A stretch of 64,000 nt of DNA from Myripristis murdjan (Eukaryota): contig NC_043987.1 in assembly GCF_902150065.1 (NCBI RefSeq), positions 1,561,386 to 1,625,385 of the forward strand, written 5' to 3'. Below the pieces are notes generated by a model. It had not been told where the DNA came from. It worked only from the letters and a program-made list of their open reading frames with translations, and did no database searches. This document shows positions 34,385 through 46,207 of the stretch, one piece after another. Each line of letters opens with the position of its first letter. The first letter of the stretch is position 1. The translations under genes and the position numbers were made by a program.

Positions 34385-36627
34385 GTGTGTGTGTGTGCTT
34401 TGAGGAAATGGGCGTATAGAGTTCAATGCAGAAAATATTGTTAGACAAAGGCAAAGATATGTAACTGTATGTATATCCATGAGAGAAATGGTTGCCACAG
34501 TGGTTACATCACTGTGTCTGGCAGTTACTGGTCTTTAAAAAATAAGCCAGTCACCACAGCTAGTCATTATGTTTCATTAGTATTATTTTTATGGCGGATG
34601 TCTGACAAGAGAAGTCAGACAAGTGTTTAACCCAAGTGTCACTTTTCTTTGACCAGAAATGGCAGCATGTGGGCATGTAAAGGGATAGTGCATCCATTTT
34701 AAAAAAAAAATTCTATCACTTCCCCCTAACTGTTATGTAGGACAGTAGTGCTGCTGTCTTCTTCTCATTAGCCAACTTTCTACTGTCGCACCAAAGGCAG
34801 GCGTGCCAGTGCATGCCACAGCCAGTGGTGTTTCCATTGTCACTTTGGTGGGGCTGCTTCTAGGTGCTAATGGCCCAGCGAATGGCTATGGCTTAGAGAG
34901 GACTAACCGAGGTATGAGGCGGAGTTAAGGGTCAACCGCGGGGAGACGGTGCAGCTGACAAGTACAGATGTCAGCGCAGCAGCTCGCTTTTGTAGCAGAA
35001 AAATAACAGACAAAAAAAATGGAGAGCAAGTGGCAGTCCTGGTCAGACAAGGACATCAGGGCTCTGCTCACAATCTGGACAGAGGATAATGTCCAATGTC
35101 AAATCAATGGTGTTTGCTGAAATGAGGACGTTATGTGATATACAGTGAGAGAGCTGGCAGTGGTGTGGATCCAACGCACAATAGGACAGGTCCGCCAAAA
35201 ACTGAAAAAAACAAACAAACAAAAAAAAACCTTAGGTCTCAGTACAAGGCAGTTAAAGCACACAGCTCACAAAGTTGCATCCAAAGGAAAAAAAAACATT
35301 CTATTCTGTAGTAGTTAGTTGGTATGCAGGTATGCAAACTTTAACCACTCGCTTCCTACTTCCCACCTGTGTGCATTTACACTGAGGCAGCATGTGATGG
35401 GCTGTTTATAGGGCAAGCCTACGGGTCTTAAAGATATATTTTTCCTTTTGCCAACATGCAGAAAGAGCCAGTAACTTCTGAACCTCCTGTATCAGTCCAC
35501 ACCAGAGCAGCAGCAGCCACCACAGAAAAGGAAATAGATTGCTTGAGTTTGCTATAAGTTGTTTTCTTCATAGAACACATGCACACATGTTGCAGGACAA
35601 AAATAACAACTTTCTTTGGAGTACTAAAAGTAATGACAAGTAATGTTGTAGCTAACGTTTTCTTTTCCTCCACTCCGCTCTATCACACGTTTCCTGCACC
35701 AGCACAGAGAGCTTACACTGTACAAGAAAGTAGTTCTTCCATGGATCCTTTTAGTTCAATGGGCAACATTTTTTCTAATATGCTACATATCATCAAACTC
35801 AAACTTTGTTTATTTAACAGTTTGGCTGGATGAACATGTGGTGGGCCAGTTTGACCCCACTCAGTGTTTAACATCTCTAAAACACATGGTTAACATAGTT
35901 TTGTTTGCTTCATACTTAACTACTTTTCCTAATTTAATGGGAACAAGTGGATAAACATGAAATTAACATGCTGATGTGTTTTCGGTGTCCTGTCCTGTAG
36001 GTGTTTCATTGGGATCTATTTGACCACAGGCTTCTCAGCTGTATGAAACATAAGAAATTGTGACATTTTACACATTTGTTTTAGTTGTTTTGGAAGACTT
36101 AAAAACTATAACATGGCATTTTTAATCTTCTTCAATATATCCTTCTGATGTATTAGGAGGAAGAAACATAAAGTACAAGAAACATAAAGTACTTGACACA
36201 TAAACTTGGGTAACAGTTTTTATTATCATAATTTTTTGGAGGTTTAAATCACTAGGGTCAAATAACCCCAAATGATTGAAAAATGTTAGTAAATTTGAAG
36301 TTAACAGAAGGTTAAGAATGTTAGCCGGGGAAACTCCACCTCAATGGCAGGAGGCTAACAGTTAGCATTTGGAGCATCCAGTCGGTATCCAGCACTGACA
36401 TAATACCTGATTTGTCTGATTGGGTTAAATTACATTTAGCTGTTGATATTGGATTTTTGTAGGGGGAAAAATCCTCTGATACCTCTGTACTAGCTTGTTA
36501 TCCATGTAATATCTGATACCTGTGTCAGTAGCAGCATTACCTTTGCCACTGAACACAGTGAAACACTCAGACAGTTCAACTAGGGACTTGTACAAAGGTT
36601 CACAACCCCTGTGCTTCTGTCCCGCAG

Positions 36628-36902
36628 AATCCCAATCCCAATCCCAACCCCATCCCCAACCCCAACCCCAATTCCAACCAGGTGAGGAAGAACCATGCGT
36701 GTGAGGCTTGTGGAAAGGCCTTCAGAGATGTCTACCACCTCAATCGTCATCGCCTGTCCCACTCGGACGAGAAGCCCTACTCTTGTCCCATCTGCCAACA
36801 GCGCTTCAAGAGGAAAGACAGAATGAGCTATCATGTCCGTTCACACCAAGGCGGAGTGGAGAAACCCTACATCTGTCCTCACTGTGCCAAGGCTTTCTCC
36901 AG
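36628..36902 (+). CDS. maz: maz exon 4: (NP)n repeat plus zinc fingers 2-4 (VRKNHACEACGKAFRDVYHLNRHRLSHSDEKPYSCPICQQRFKRKDRMSYHVRSHQGGVEKPYICPHCAKAFSR)
   Basis: Strong acceptor ttctgtcccgcag|AAT. The (AATCCC)n stretch is in frame and encodes NPNPNPNPIPNPNPNSNQ. An alternative in-frame acceptor lies at 36681/36682 (ccaaccag|GTG). Donor CC AG|gtatac. Matches human MAZ RIRKNHACEMCGKAFRDVYHLNRHKLSHSDEKPYQCPVCQQRFKRKDRMSYHVRSH. Confidence 0.8.
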
Positions 36903-36929
36903 GTATACCAGAAGATTGGATGAAACTTT

Positions 36930-37370
36930 AAAAGTGCAAGTTAAAGTTATAGTTTGGATCCTTACCTATATAGTGGTATTTATTGCTCCATGCAAGTGTA
37001 ATACATCCACCAAGACCACCAAGACACCTCCTTCCCTGTGGCAAGTTTTTTGGAGCAGAAGCTGAAAAATAGTTTTGAAGGATGCACAACAGCACACACT
37101 TGATGTGGTTTCATTTCAGAGCTCTTTCCAGCCCCTTGGCTTCAAAAATGGCAGCACTGGTTTCTGCCCCAGAATTCGCACTATATCGCCTTGGAACTTG
37201 GAAATAGGGCAATGTGATACGGTCAAAAAAAAAAAAAAAAATTCAAACTTTGTTACGATTCATGATTTTAATAGATTTTTCTTCTTTTTCACGAACTAGT
37301 TATAGTAGGTGATGTTTATCTTTGTGGGCATCATATATTACGCTCACATGGAGCAGCAAATACCACTATA
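36930..37370. mobile_element. MITE family C (TIR ...CCTATATAGTGGTATTTATTGCTCCATG / CATGGAGCAGCAAATACCACTATACAGG) directly downstream of maz exon 4
   Basis: Inverted termini at 36958-36990 and 37335-37372. The interior is similar to 55567-56283 and 61540-61700 (GATGCACAACA[GA]CACAC..TTG motif). Contains an A17 run at 37223-37240. Confidence 0.6.
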
Positions 37371-38628
37371 CAGGTAAGAATACAGCCCTCACTTTATCAC
37401 TTTAACACCGACAAACATGAAACCATGAAATTTAAGACATAAGCAAATTCCCATTAACAAAAAGGCCTTCAGCAGGAAGGTTGGCAGCCTCTACACAGCC
37501 TCACTGTGTTTACATTGGGTCAGATTTTGAGGCAAATGTGCTGGATTGCTTTATGGCAACAGCAGATTGTTGGAGGAGTGAAATCCTCATGGAAAAAAAC
37601 ACCTCCAACATGTTTTTCCCCTTTAGTGACGTCACAGACATCATTTATGTGCCTATTATTTAAGGATATTCCCGCTGAATGCACCAGCTCACATGGCAAC
37701 TCGTGGTTTTGGATAGTGAAATCAGGATTCAGGAGCATAAATGCCTTTCTGCCAAAACTGGAAACCACAACACCAAAAAGCTGTGCTGAAATCCTGATGT
37801 ACAAGCTACACATGCTCTATTAACAGTGAACAGGAGACAGATTTTGCGCACTCATACAATATTCATCTGAACTCCAACATCCTAAGGACTTTCTATTTTA
37901 GTAGTGCTGTCATTTCCACACCAGATACCATCCAGTCACATTCTCCATCCTTCCCTGTTAATTCTCTGTGGAGCTGAGTGCCACTGCAAAGCTGACAGAC
38001 AAACTCCTCCCACATGTGTAAACTGGGAGACAGAAGTGAATATACAGTTAGGGGTAGGAATGAAGTTATTCAAGTTCTTATCAGATGTATATCCTTTAGG
38101 GATGGGAATCGGCATGATTCCCAGTACTTGAAATTTAATTCTAATTATTTAATTAATTTGTTTAATTTGATTTAAATTAATGACAACATATTAATTCAGG
38201 GTCAGCATGATGACATGAAAATTGTTGAACCAAAAAAAAAAAAAATCAGAATTTGTAAATGAATCATTGTTTTTTGTTTGTTTGTTTGTTTGTTTTTATC
38301 CCATCCATAATACTTTTTATATAAAAGCAGTTAAATCTAAGCACATGTCAGCAAGAAAATCATCATCATCTAAACTTTATTATTATTACTTTATTTAGCA
38401 AGATGCTCTGTTAAAATCCAGGTAATTGTGCAATTTTAACAAATATCCTGCTCTCCATCAGTGCCAATCTTTTTCTCGTGTATCAGAATGGCATATTTCA
38501 AAACCAAAATTCAGTGAATTTGATTGTGGACAGTCCGTTTCAGATTTGTGAGTATAAGCTATTGTAAACATTAAAATATTTTGTGCTGTTTAATCTTTAA
38601 TTTTAATGTTTTTTGGGGTTTGTTTCAG

Positions 38629-38692
38629 ACCAGACCACCTCAACAGTCATGTACGACAGGTGCACTCTACAGAGAGACCCTTCAAGTGCACG
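38629..38692 (+). CDS. maz: maz exon 5 (PDHLNSHVRQVHSTERPFKCT)
   Basis: Acceptor ggtttgtttcag|A, donor ACG|gtaatg. Identical to human MAZ RPDHLNSHVRQVHSTERPFKC. Confidence 0.9.
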
Positions 38693-39560
38693 GTAATGTC
38701 CACATCTACTTACAGGGGTTCAGCTGATGCAGGTTTTCGAAGGCTAGTGGCCAATATTTTGTGCTGTAGGTCAGTGTCTTAATATTGAGTACTTTCAGGC
38801 CAATCAGATGCAAATACTCAGTGTCAAAATTCTGTTCTTGCATCATCTTAAACAGGACATGAACATGACAGGATACTAGATAGATAACTTTATTGTCATT
38901 TCAAGGACACGTGTAATCGAAATTTCATTGCAACTGGCTGAAAACAGCAGTTAAAAAGTACAATTGTCAAACATAAAAGTGCGATAAAGGTTCCGAGCCA
39001 GTGCTGCCGCAGCCACACAGGGCACCGCCATCAAAACACAACAGTGCTGCTCAGTGCTACTAAAGCTCTGTTGAAGTTGAATAAGATCCAAGTATTTTAA
39101 AAGCACCCGTTCAGGAAACCGCTTCTTATAGACAACCAGAGAAGTATTAATCAGTTCTACAATAAATACTGTTGTAATCAAAAACTGTCGTCTGTCGTCT
39201 ATCAAAGGAAGACAAAAGTGACTGATCAGATTTTTCATAAAAGGCCAATTTTAGCTAACTCCCTCATATCCATCTACCTGTCTATATACAGCTAGGTCCT
39301 TAAGTATTTCTACTTCAGGCAGTCATAGACAGCCAAGGATGTCTGCACTTCAATCACGTCTTGATTACTCCATTTCAAATCCACTGTGGTGGTGTCCAAG
39401 GCCAAAATTATGAATATAGTGTCACTGTCCAAATACTTTTGGACCTAAATGTACCTTCAGGTAGTCATTCCATGTATACTTAATATTGTACAAGGGAAAA
39501 TAATAACATTTGTTTGTTTGTGTATATGCATATATATGCACATGGTCATGGCTTTCACAG

Positions 39561-39732
39561 ACCTGTACATCTGCGTTTGCCACACGGGATCGTCTTCGCG
39601 CCCATCTGATCCGTCACGAGGAGAAGGTGCCATGTCACATCTGTGGCAAGCTGCTGTCTGCTGCCTACATCACCGACCACATGAGGGTGCACAATCAGTC
39701 CCAGCATCACGCCTGCCACCTTTGCAATCGCA
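39561..39732 (+). CDS. maz: maz exon 6: zinc fingers (TCTSAFATRDRLRAHLIRHEEKVPCHICGKLLSAAYITDHMRVHNQSQHHACHLCNR)
   Basis: Acceptor ggctttcacag|ACC, donor CGC A|gtaagt. Matches human MAZ CEAAFATKDRLRAHTVRHEEKVPCHVCGKMLSSAYISDHMKVHSQGPHHVCELCNK. Confidence 0.9.
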
Positions 39733-41204
39733 GTAAGTGACACTGAGACACTGTGTCTGAGCACTACAGTTTGTTTTCAGGACAGAAACTTTTCAGGCAT
39801 CCAGGGCATTTCAATAACAAGGAACCAGTTCTGTTCCAGTTTGCAAACCTAATTTTGAACCGTTCTGAACATTTCAACCAAAAATAAATTGGTTAAGAAC
39901 CTGAAAAGTTTGTTTCTAGTTGGAACCCAAAAATTGTAGGACCTCAAGTGGGAACTGTGACGACAACAACAACAGGGAGTGTGTCTTATTCTATAGGGTA
40001 GGTTAGAGACAACAGAGAAATCAGAGAGCGTGCAGTTGCTGCTAGTTAACACCTTGGTTCCAAGAAGCCAAACAGAAGTGGTTCAAGAACCAGAACTGTT
40101 TTGGTCAGAAAGTGCTAGCAGTTTTTGATGACATTATTTTCATCTGGCCAAACAAACTGAGCTAAAGATTTTGAGAATTAATAACACAATTACACATTGC
40201 ATGGCTAAATTTTTCTTAACCTTTCACTGTCAGCTGATTTTGCAAGTTCATTTTTTATTGACTTGAAAAACACACCCCAACTGAAGTGTTATTGGAAGCC
40301 ACAAAAAGGCGGGACCAATAATCATCCTTCAAGGAAGTACAGGCATGACTTAGGTGATGATGACAGTAAGACACAACACTGTAATGAATTTGAAAATAAA
40401 TACTATAGAACATCAATATAGATTTTCCTCGCAAAAATAGCAAGAATCATATACCACCATGCCAGCAAGCTAGCAATATGCTCACCAATATGTTTGCTCA
40501 CTTTCACCATCACAGTTGCCGTGGTTTGTCTAGCTTCTGCGCTGTCATAGTTCATAATATGGTTTGGTTGTCTGATTGGACGAGTTAGCTAATGATAGAC
40601 GGATGGTTGATCCAATCACCTGTTATGTGTTTTGTAAATGCCCGTTGCTGCCGCCCCTTTACCAAATGTTCTGAACTCAGAACATCAGACGCTGGTTCGT
40701 GAAGTAAACAATGGAAACGAAATCAGAGTGTAACTGTGCCGGCCAGTTGTACCCACCCTCAACAAAAACTCCTGCCCATGCTTGTAAGCAGACAGAGGGC
40801 ACCAAATACAAAATGCCACAAAGTTAGCTTTTCTACAGTGGGCCACTATGGGGCGAGATGTAATTTGGCAGTTTGAATATCACAATATCATAATAAGTGT
40901 TGTCTTTCTCAGTTTTAAAGACTAGACCAGTGCATGTTTAGCATAATGTCTACTAAATGTATATACTATATATTCACTATTTGCTAATCTTGTTTTAAAC
41001 TCCATCATTTTTCATACCTGTTTTCCAGTGTGTTATTATGAATCCCACCAGAGTTCTGGGCAAGATATGCCCACCAGCATAAAATGTGTTGGCCTCTTGC
41101 TCATTCACTAAATCAGAATTGACAAGCCCTCATTCAGTCATAACCCAAACCTTAACTTTGTGGGTACATCTTGCCCTAAATTGGTGTCTCATAATAATGC
41201 TTAT

Positions 41205-41636
41205 CCAGCCATTGGTTTCCATTCATTCCACTACGATATGAAAATGAACTTTGAGAGACTTCAGAACTTTCTCCACGCCAGTATTCCATCACCGTAATAA
41301 GTCCTCCACATTAGTTTCCCTAAAAGCAGCAGCACTGCTATGTTTTTAGGAAAACAATGATTCAGTTTTGAAATTGGGTGGAGTGAAATGCTTCATCTGC
41401 TAGAAAATAGTCCACAGGGAAACAGCCAATTATCAGTCTGTGGTTTAGGAATGTTGACGATTTTGTTAGTTGCAGAAGTGGAGCGTTATAAGATGGCTGT
41501 TTGAACCAAAAAATGTAATTTAAAAATCAAGAGACTTTGAGTATATGTTGTGAAATCTTTTGTACCCCTGCATGAATTGCAAAATTGTTACAATACAAAA
41601 TGTGGGAAAATTATAGCAAATCAGTCATATGGTCCT
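41205..41636 (-). mobile_element. MITE family A, truncated copy (reverse orientation)
   Basis: ccattggtttccattcattccactacgatatgaaaatgaac...cagcagcactgctatgtttt... aligns to the 22409-22944 copy. Terminal ..ATATGGTCC is a degraded TIR. Confidence 0.65.
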
Positions 41637-41948
41637 TAAGGCTGCATATAGTAAAGGAATATAATTTTCTGGACTTATTAGACTGTTCTTCCTGCTGTTA
41701 TTTGCTTCTACCTGCTTGGTCATCATATCCCTGTTACTAATGATTGCTTATCAGAAATCTCTTGTGTGCAAATATCTTATGAAAGCACTAACATTCATCC
41801 CAACAGTATCTGCACAATATTGATATCAAGGCATTTCATCAAACATATTGTGATATTTGATTTTGTCCATATCACCCTGCACTAAATTGGGTCACAAAAC
41901 AAACTTGGTCTGAGCACCCCCTGAAATGTTGTGTCTCATATTTTTCAG

Positions 41949-42277
41949 GTTTCACCACCCTGACCTACCTGCGTGTCCATGCCCAGAAGCACCACGGGCA
42001 AGAGTGGAAGGAGAGTGGCGGGGCGCGAGGGGGCTTTGGGGGGACAGGTGCCGGCGGGGTACTGCTGTGCCAGCTGTGCGGGGTGCAGTGCAAGACAGCC
42101 ACACAGCTCCAGGGTCATATGGGCACCCACGCCAATCCTCAGGGTGACCCAAGCCCCAACCCAACAAGCACGAGCCCCGTGGGCACTACCAGTGTTGCCG
42201 TCACAGTGTCCAGTGCTAGCACAGTTGGACTGCTGGTAACTGACTGCTCCAGTATCGCCCCCCAGCCCCACAGCTAG
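41949..42277 (+). CDS. maz: maz terminal coding exon: alternative-type C-terminus with extra zinc fingers (SFTTLTYLRVHAQKHHGQ...LLCQLCGVQCKTATQLQGHMGTH...PQPHS*)
   Basis: Acceptor atttttcag|GT (phase 1, A+GT=Ser). TAG stop at 42275-42277. Resembles the human MAZ alternative isoform C-terminus (GFTTAAYLRIHAVKDHG...LCKLCSVHCKTPAQLAGHMQTH). Confidence 0.8.
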
Positions 42278-42490
42278 CACCCTGTGAAGGGTGGGAGGGG
42301 GTGGGGACAAGGGGTAGAGGGTGGGATGCGGGACAGGTGGGGGTGGGTATGGAGACGGGATTTAGGGCGATCATGGCACCGAAGAGAGTGGATGCATAAA
42401 GGGCAGGGCTGGCAAGACAGCAGCCAAACCAGGTGTGTGTTTGTGTGTGTGTAGTGTTTGTCTGTGTATGGGTTTTAATTCAGGTTTAAA

Positions 42491-43070
42491 GCACCATACC
42501 AGTAATTTTGAAATTTTGACCCCTTTACTACAGTTTCTCCACATTTTAGATTACAACAAACCATTTTGCAAATCATGTGGTGGTGCTAAAGATTTCACAG
42601 CATAGAATCAAAACACCTCAATTTTCACTTTTCTTTCAGTGAAACACCCACCTTATAGTGTTCTGCCTCTGCTAACAAAGTCATCACCATTCATAAACCA
42701 CAGAACTGATAATTGGCTGTAGGATGCATATGTTTCCTGAGGACTTTTTTCACTGGTGGAGGGAGCATTTCACTCCAACCAGTTTCAAGTCAGCAAAACA
42801 CAACAGTGCTGCTGCTTTTAGGTAAATTAATGTGGACGACTTTATTACAGTGATGGAATACTGGAGTGAAGAAAGTTTGAATTCTCTGAAAGTTCATTTT
42901 CATATTATAGTGGAATGACTGGAAACCAATGGCTGGAGAAAAGGGAGGAAAACAATATTGAGATTTTACAAAATTACAAAATATATTTACAATTGTACAT
43001 TTACACTTGCTTTGGGAAAAGATGAGCAAAATAGTAGATATTACACTAAACATGCAGAATCACTGGTATC
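42491..43070 (+). mobile_element. MITE family A, full-length copy
   Basis: Starts GCACCATACCAGTAATTTTGAA, ends GAATCACTGGTATCACATG. Preceded by TTTAAA. The interior matches the other family A copies. Confidence 0.8.
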
Positions 43071-44689
43071 ACATGATGTGAGTTTGGATTGAAGGTGCCA
43101 GCAGGCGATGTTTTCAGCCATAAAGGCACAAAACATCAGCTGCTGGCAGTGCTTCCTCAGACTTTTATTCTTGTCATGAAAGAAAAGCCTCTGAAGAGCA
43201 TTAAGGCAAAAACTCACCAGCGAAACTCATGAATCCCTTCATGACATACTCATGCATGTTCAGATTAAATTAACAGACTTAATTACATCTGTCATGTTGG
43301 AGGGCAATGACACTGACTTGCTGATATCTGTAAAATAAAAGGGCAGTATTAGCCTGACACTTTAGTCCAGCCGTAGTTTTCCTGTTTGCATTGTGTCTTA
43401 ATGCAACACTTTATCAACATCTGCTTTATTTTCACTTTTTGCAGAAGATTTCTTCATCAGCTGCCACAAGCGGACACAGACCAGGAGGGAATTTGCTATG
43501 GAAATGCTTGCTTTGGTCAGCCTCGCTCACAGTCTTGTGAGGACAGTGTCTCTTTTGAACTTTTGTTTTGTCATTGAGTCCCGGCTCAGTCAGTGGTAGG
43601 AGCAAACCTACAGCTCACATTGGGGAACACACACCTGTGGTACGTTCATTACATACATGCAGGGTCTTTCCTACAGAGGAAACTGATATTGTGATCCAAG
43701 CTCAGTGGGTCAAAGCCAAGGGAAACCATGGATTAAACTACAAGGGAATGTTCTCATGAATTAATGTGGATTTCTATTCATATAGCTTTGTTATTTTCAC
43801 TTGCCATTAAATCGTTTTAATTTTCAATTGACTTACACAGCCTGTCATGGTTTTGTAAAACAGTTGCTGTTTTAGATATGTTTTTTTCCATGTTATACCA
43901 GTGTTTGTTTCTGATGGGAAATTAACCAAAAAACGTCCAGTATGCTATGAAATACAATAACTTGGCTTGCCCCGTTTCTGTCCCAACTTGTATTAAACAG
44001 TTTCCTAGTTTGCCTTTGTCAGAATTTACTTTGTTAAGTGCAGGGAACCATCCAACTATGACCTGGAAATATCAACTGTGTGGAAGGGCCATCATGTAAA
44101 TACACTTTTCTATAACTGATAAAGGTAAACAGATGGTTGTTTGTGTATACTCCCCATGGACATTGAATGTGCATAACTTATTTGCCTCATATGATATTTG
44201 TTCTTACTCTGGATGCTGATTTGTAATTCTTGAAAAGGTAAATTGCCATGTAATTTGTAGCTACCTTGGTGACACATTTTCTGTGGCTGTGCATATTGAC
44301 TGTATTTGATGCATAGTGCATAGCGCCTCGTTACTACTGTATTAAAAGGCAGTAAAAATGCATGTGTGGATTCAGTTTGGAGTGATGTTGATCAGTCTAT
44401 CACTGCTCACTGCATACTGTATGTGCATTTTTCTCTCATTTGTCGTCGTATGCTCTCCAGCACTATAGCATTGTTTACACCGCTGATTGAGAAGCACCAA
44501 CCCTCCCCCACCCGGCTTTAACAACTCCTCCTACCGAATCAGCTACAAAGCTAGCTCACTGTAACTGTCGCTGTAAAGGTGATTATAAGCCCAACCGGCA
44601 AAAACTAACACTGAGAGCAAAGCACCTGCTTGATGAGACTTCATCCAAAAGACAGAAGAACCTGCTTTTATAGGACATTTCAACACTGG

Positions 44690-45620
44690 ATATTAAGATG
44701 CGATGGCCAGCTAGCGAGCAATCAAAAGCTCGCTGGCGCTAGCTGGTTCGCTACGTTACAAAGCTAGCTAACATCTCAGCTAGCTGCGGGAGCTTCCTAC
44801 ACAACGATGAGCTGCTAACTTCATATTTTACTTCTCTCACATTTGTTTCTGAGTCGTGGTACCATCGAGTTGGCTGTGTTTGGTTTGTACGCTGGTTTTA
44901 CTTTGCTGTCTGTGGAAAGGTTTTTTACTAAAATATATAGGTCACAGCACCCGGCTAACGATAGATATATGGGTCATAGACATCATATTAGCAGGCTGGA
45001 ACAGCTGGTTAGCAGAATAGCTCTTAGCCTGACAAAACAGAAATTTAATTTTAAGGCATTTCATACGGGAAGAACTTGAATACGTTTATTCACGCGCGTG
45101 TGGTTGTAAAGTTCACATTGCAGCTGGACTGTCAGGGGTTTGCATTTGGCTTAAACACAACATTTAATTCTATCATATTTTGAAGTCGTCGTTGACTAGC
45201 CTCTTCTGTTAGCTCACTTAACCGAGCAACTTAACTAACCAGCTAATATAAAGCTCGCAATAAACAAAGGTAACTCCGCTCAAGTTCGACGACGGTATGT
45301 GAGTTAGGTGTGCGACACGACTAGGGCTGAGCTTCATGCATTTAGTTCTGCGAGCACACCTCTGAGTTTTTATGTGTCTGATGATCCAGTGCATTTAATT
45401 TAGCTGTGGTCTGGCCACAGTGTTTGTAGCGGCTTGGCTTTTCTTCATCTTGTCGTCGAGCTCGGCTGTTTGCATGTCATGTTCGGCACAGTCTGCCTAG
45501 TATGTGTGCTTAGGGAACTGATTTGTCATGCTCGCTGAAGAATTGGATGTCCCTCGCTCCTAGCTGGGTTAACAGTAGCTTGGCGAAGCTCTCAGACAAA
45601 GTGGACTGTCGGGGTTGGAG
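44690..45620 (+). promoter_or_regulatory. nlk: CpG-rich putative nlk promoter / 5'UTR region
   Basis: Multiple CpGs and GCTAGC-containing repeats (cgatggccagctagcgagc..ctcgctggcgctagctggttcgctacg..agctagctgcgggagc). A possible non-coding first-exon donor ACG|gtatgtgag at about 45296. Lies immediately upstream of the nlk ATG exon. Confidence 0.35.
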
Positions 45621-45625
45621 AGAGG

Positions 45626-45933
45626 ATGGCATTCCATGGTGCAGGCCGACAGACAGTGTGTGGCAACTTGTTTCCGGGCTCCGAGTTGGGCCACAAGTAT
45701 TTCTGCGTCAACTCTTCCTCTGGAGCTCCCTCCACGGGCCTCAGCGCTACACCGTGTCTGACCGGACCTACGGCCCCGGCGGGGACGCCTCGCCACCCCA
45801 CATCTCTTGGAGGAAGCACCGGCGGCGGGGCTGCTGTGCCTCAGCCCTACAGCAACCCGGCTAGTGAGGTGCCAAGCCCAGCTGAGATGGAGCCAGATCG
45901 CCCCATTGGCTATGGCGCATTTGGTGTTGTCTG
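45626..45933 (+). CDS. nlk: nemo-like kinase coding exon 1 (MAFHGAGRQTV...PYSNPASEVPSPAEMEPDRPIGYGAFGVVW, start of kinase domain)
   Basis: ATG at 45626 is the first in-frame Met of the ORF. Ends TG|gtaagt, splitting the Trp codon. EPDRPIGYGAFGVVW is the NLK glycine-loop signature (human DIEPDRPIGYGAFGVVWSVTDPRDGK). Confidence 0.75.
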
Positions 45934-46207
45934 GTAAGTGAACGTCCCTACAAAACAGTGTCACACTTCCTATTTTTTCTCTGGGATCAATAGAGTTTCT
46001 AACTATGCATCTACTTATCTATCAAATTAATAAATCACTTGAATTCTGTTCGAAAATTGCCAAGGTACTGCCGGAGACCTTGTGCTTTAGCATGTATTCA
46101 AAACTTTGGGGCCAAGTTACATGCACACGTGCACACAATAGGCTGTATTGCTCTGCTCACTGGAACTTGGATGAAAATGCTGCCTCTCTCTCATTTAAAT
46201 TTTGCAG

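Noticed and set aside
34027-34454. Several overlapping + and - ORFs (130 aa, 121 aa, 116 aa) across maz exon 3
   Set aside because: GC-rich Gly/Pro/Ala linker gives open frames in all phases. The frame giving ICATCNKQFKNSYNLRRHQSVHTG (C2H2 finger) is the real one.
36682-37065. 127-aa ORF suggesting maz exon 4 runs on to 37065
   Set aside because: Homology to MAZ ends at ..CAKAFSR with a GT donor at 36903. The next conserved segment (PDHLNSHVRQVH) is at 38629 in the correct phase. The ORF tail runs into MITE family C.
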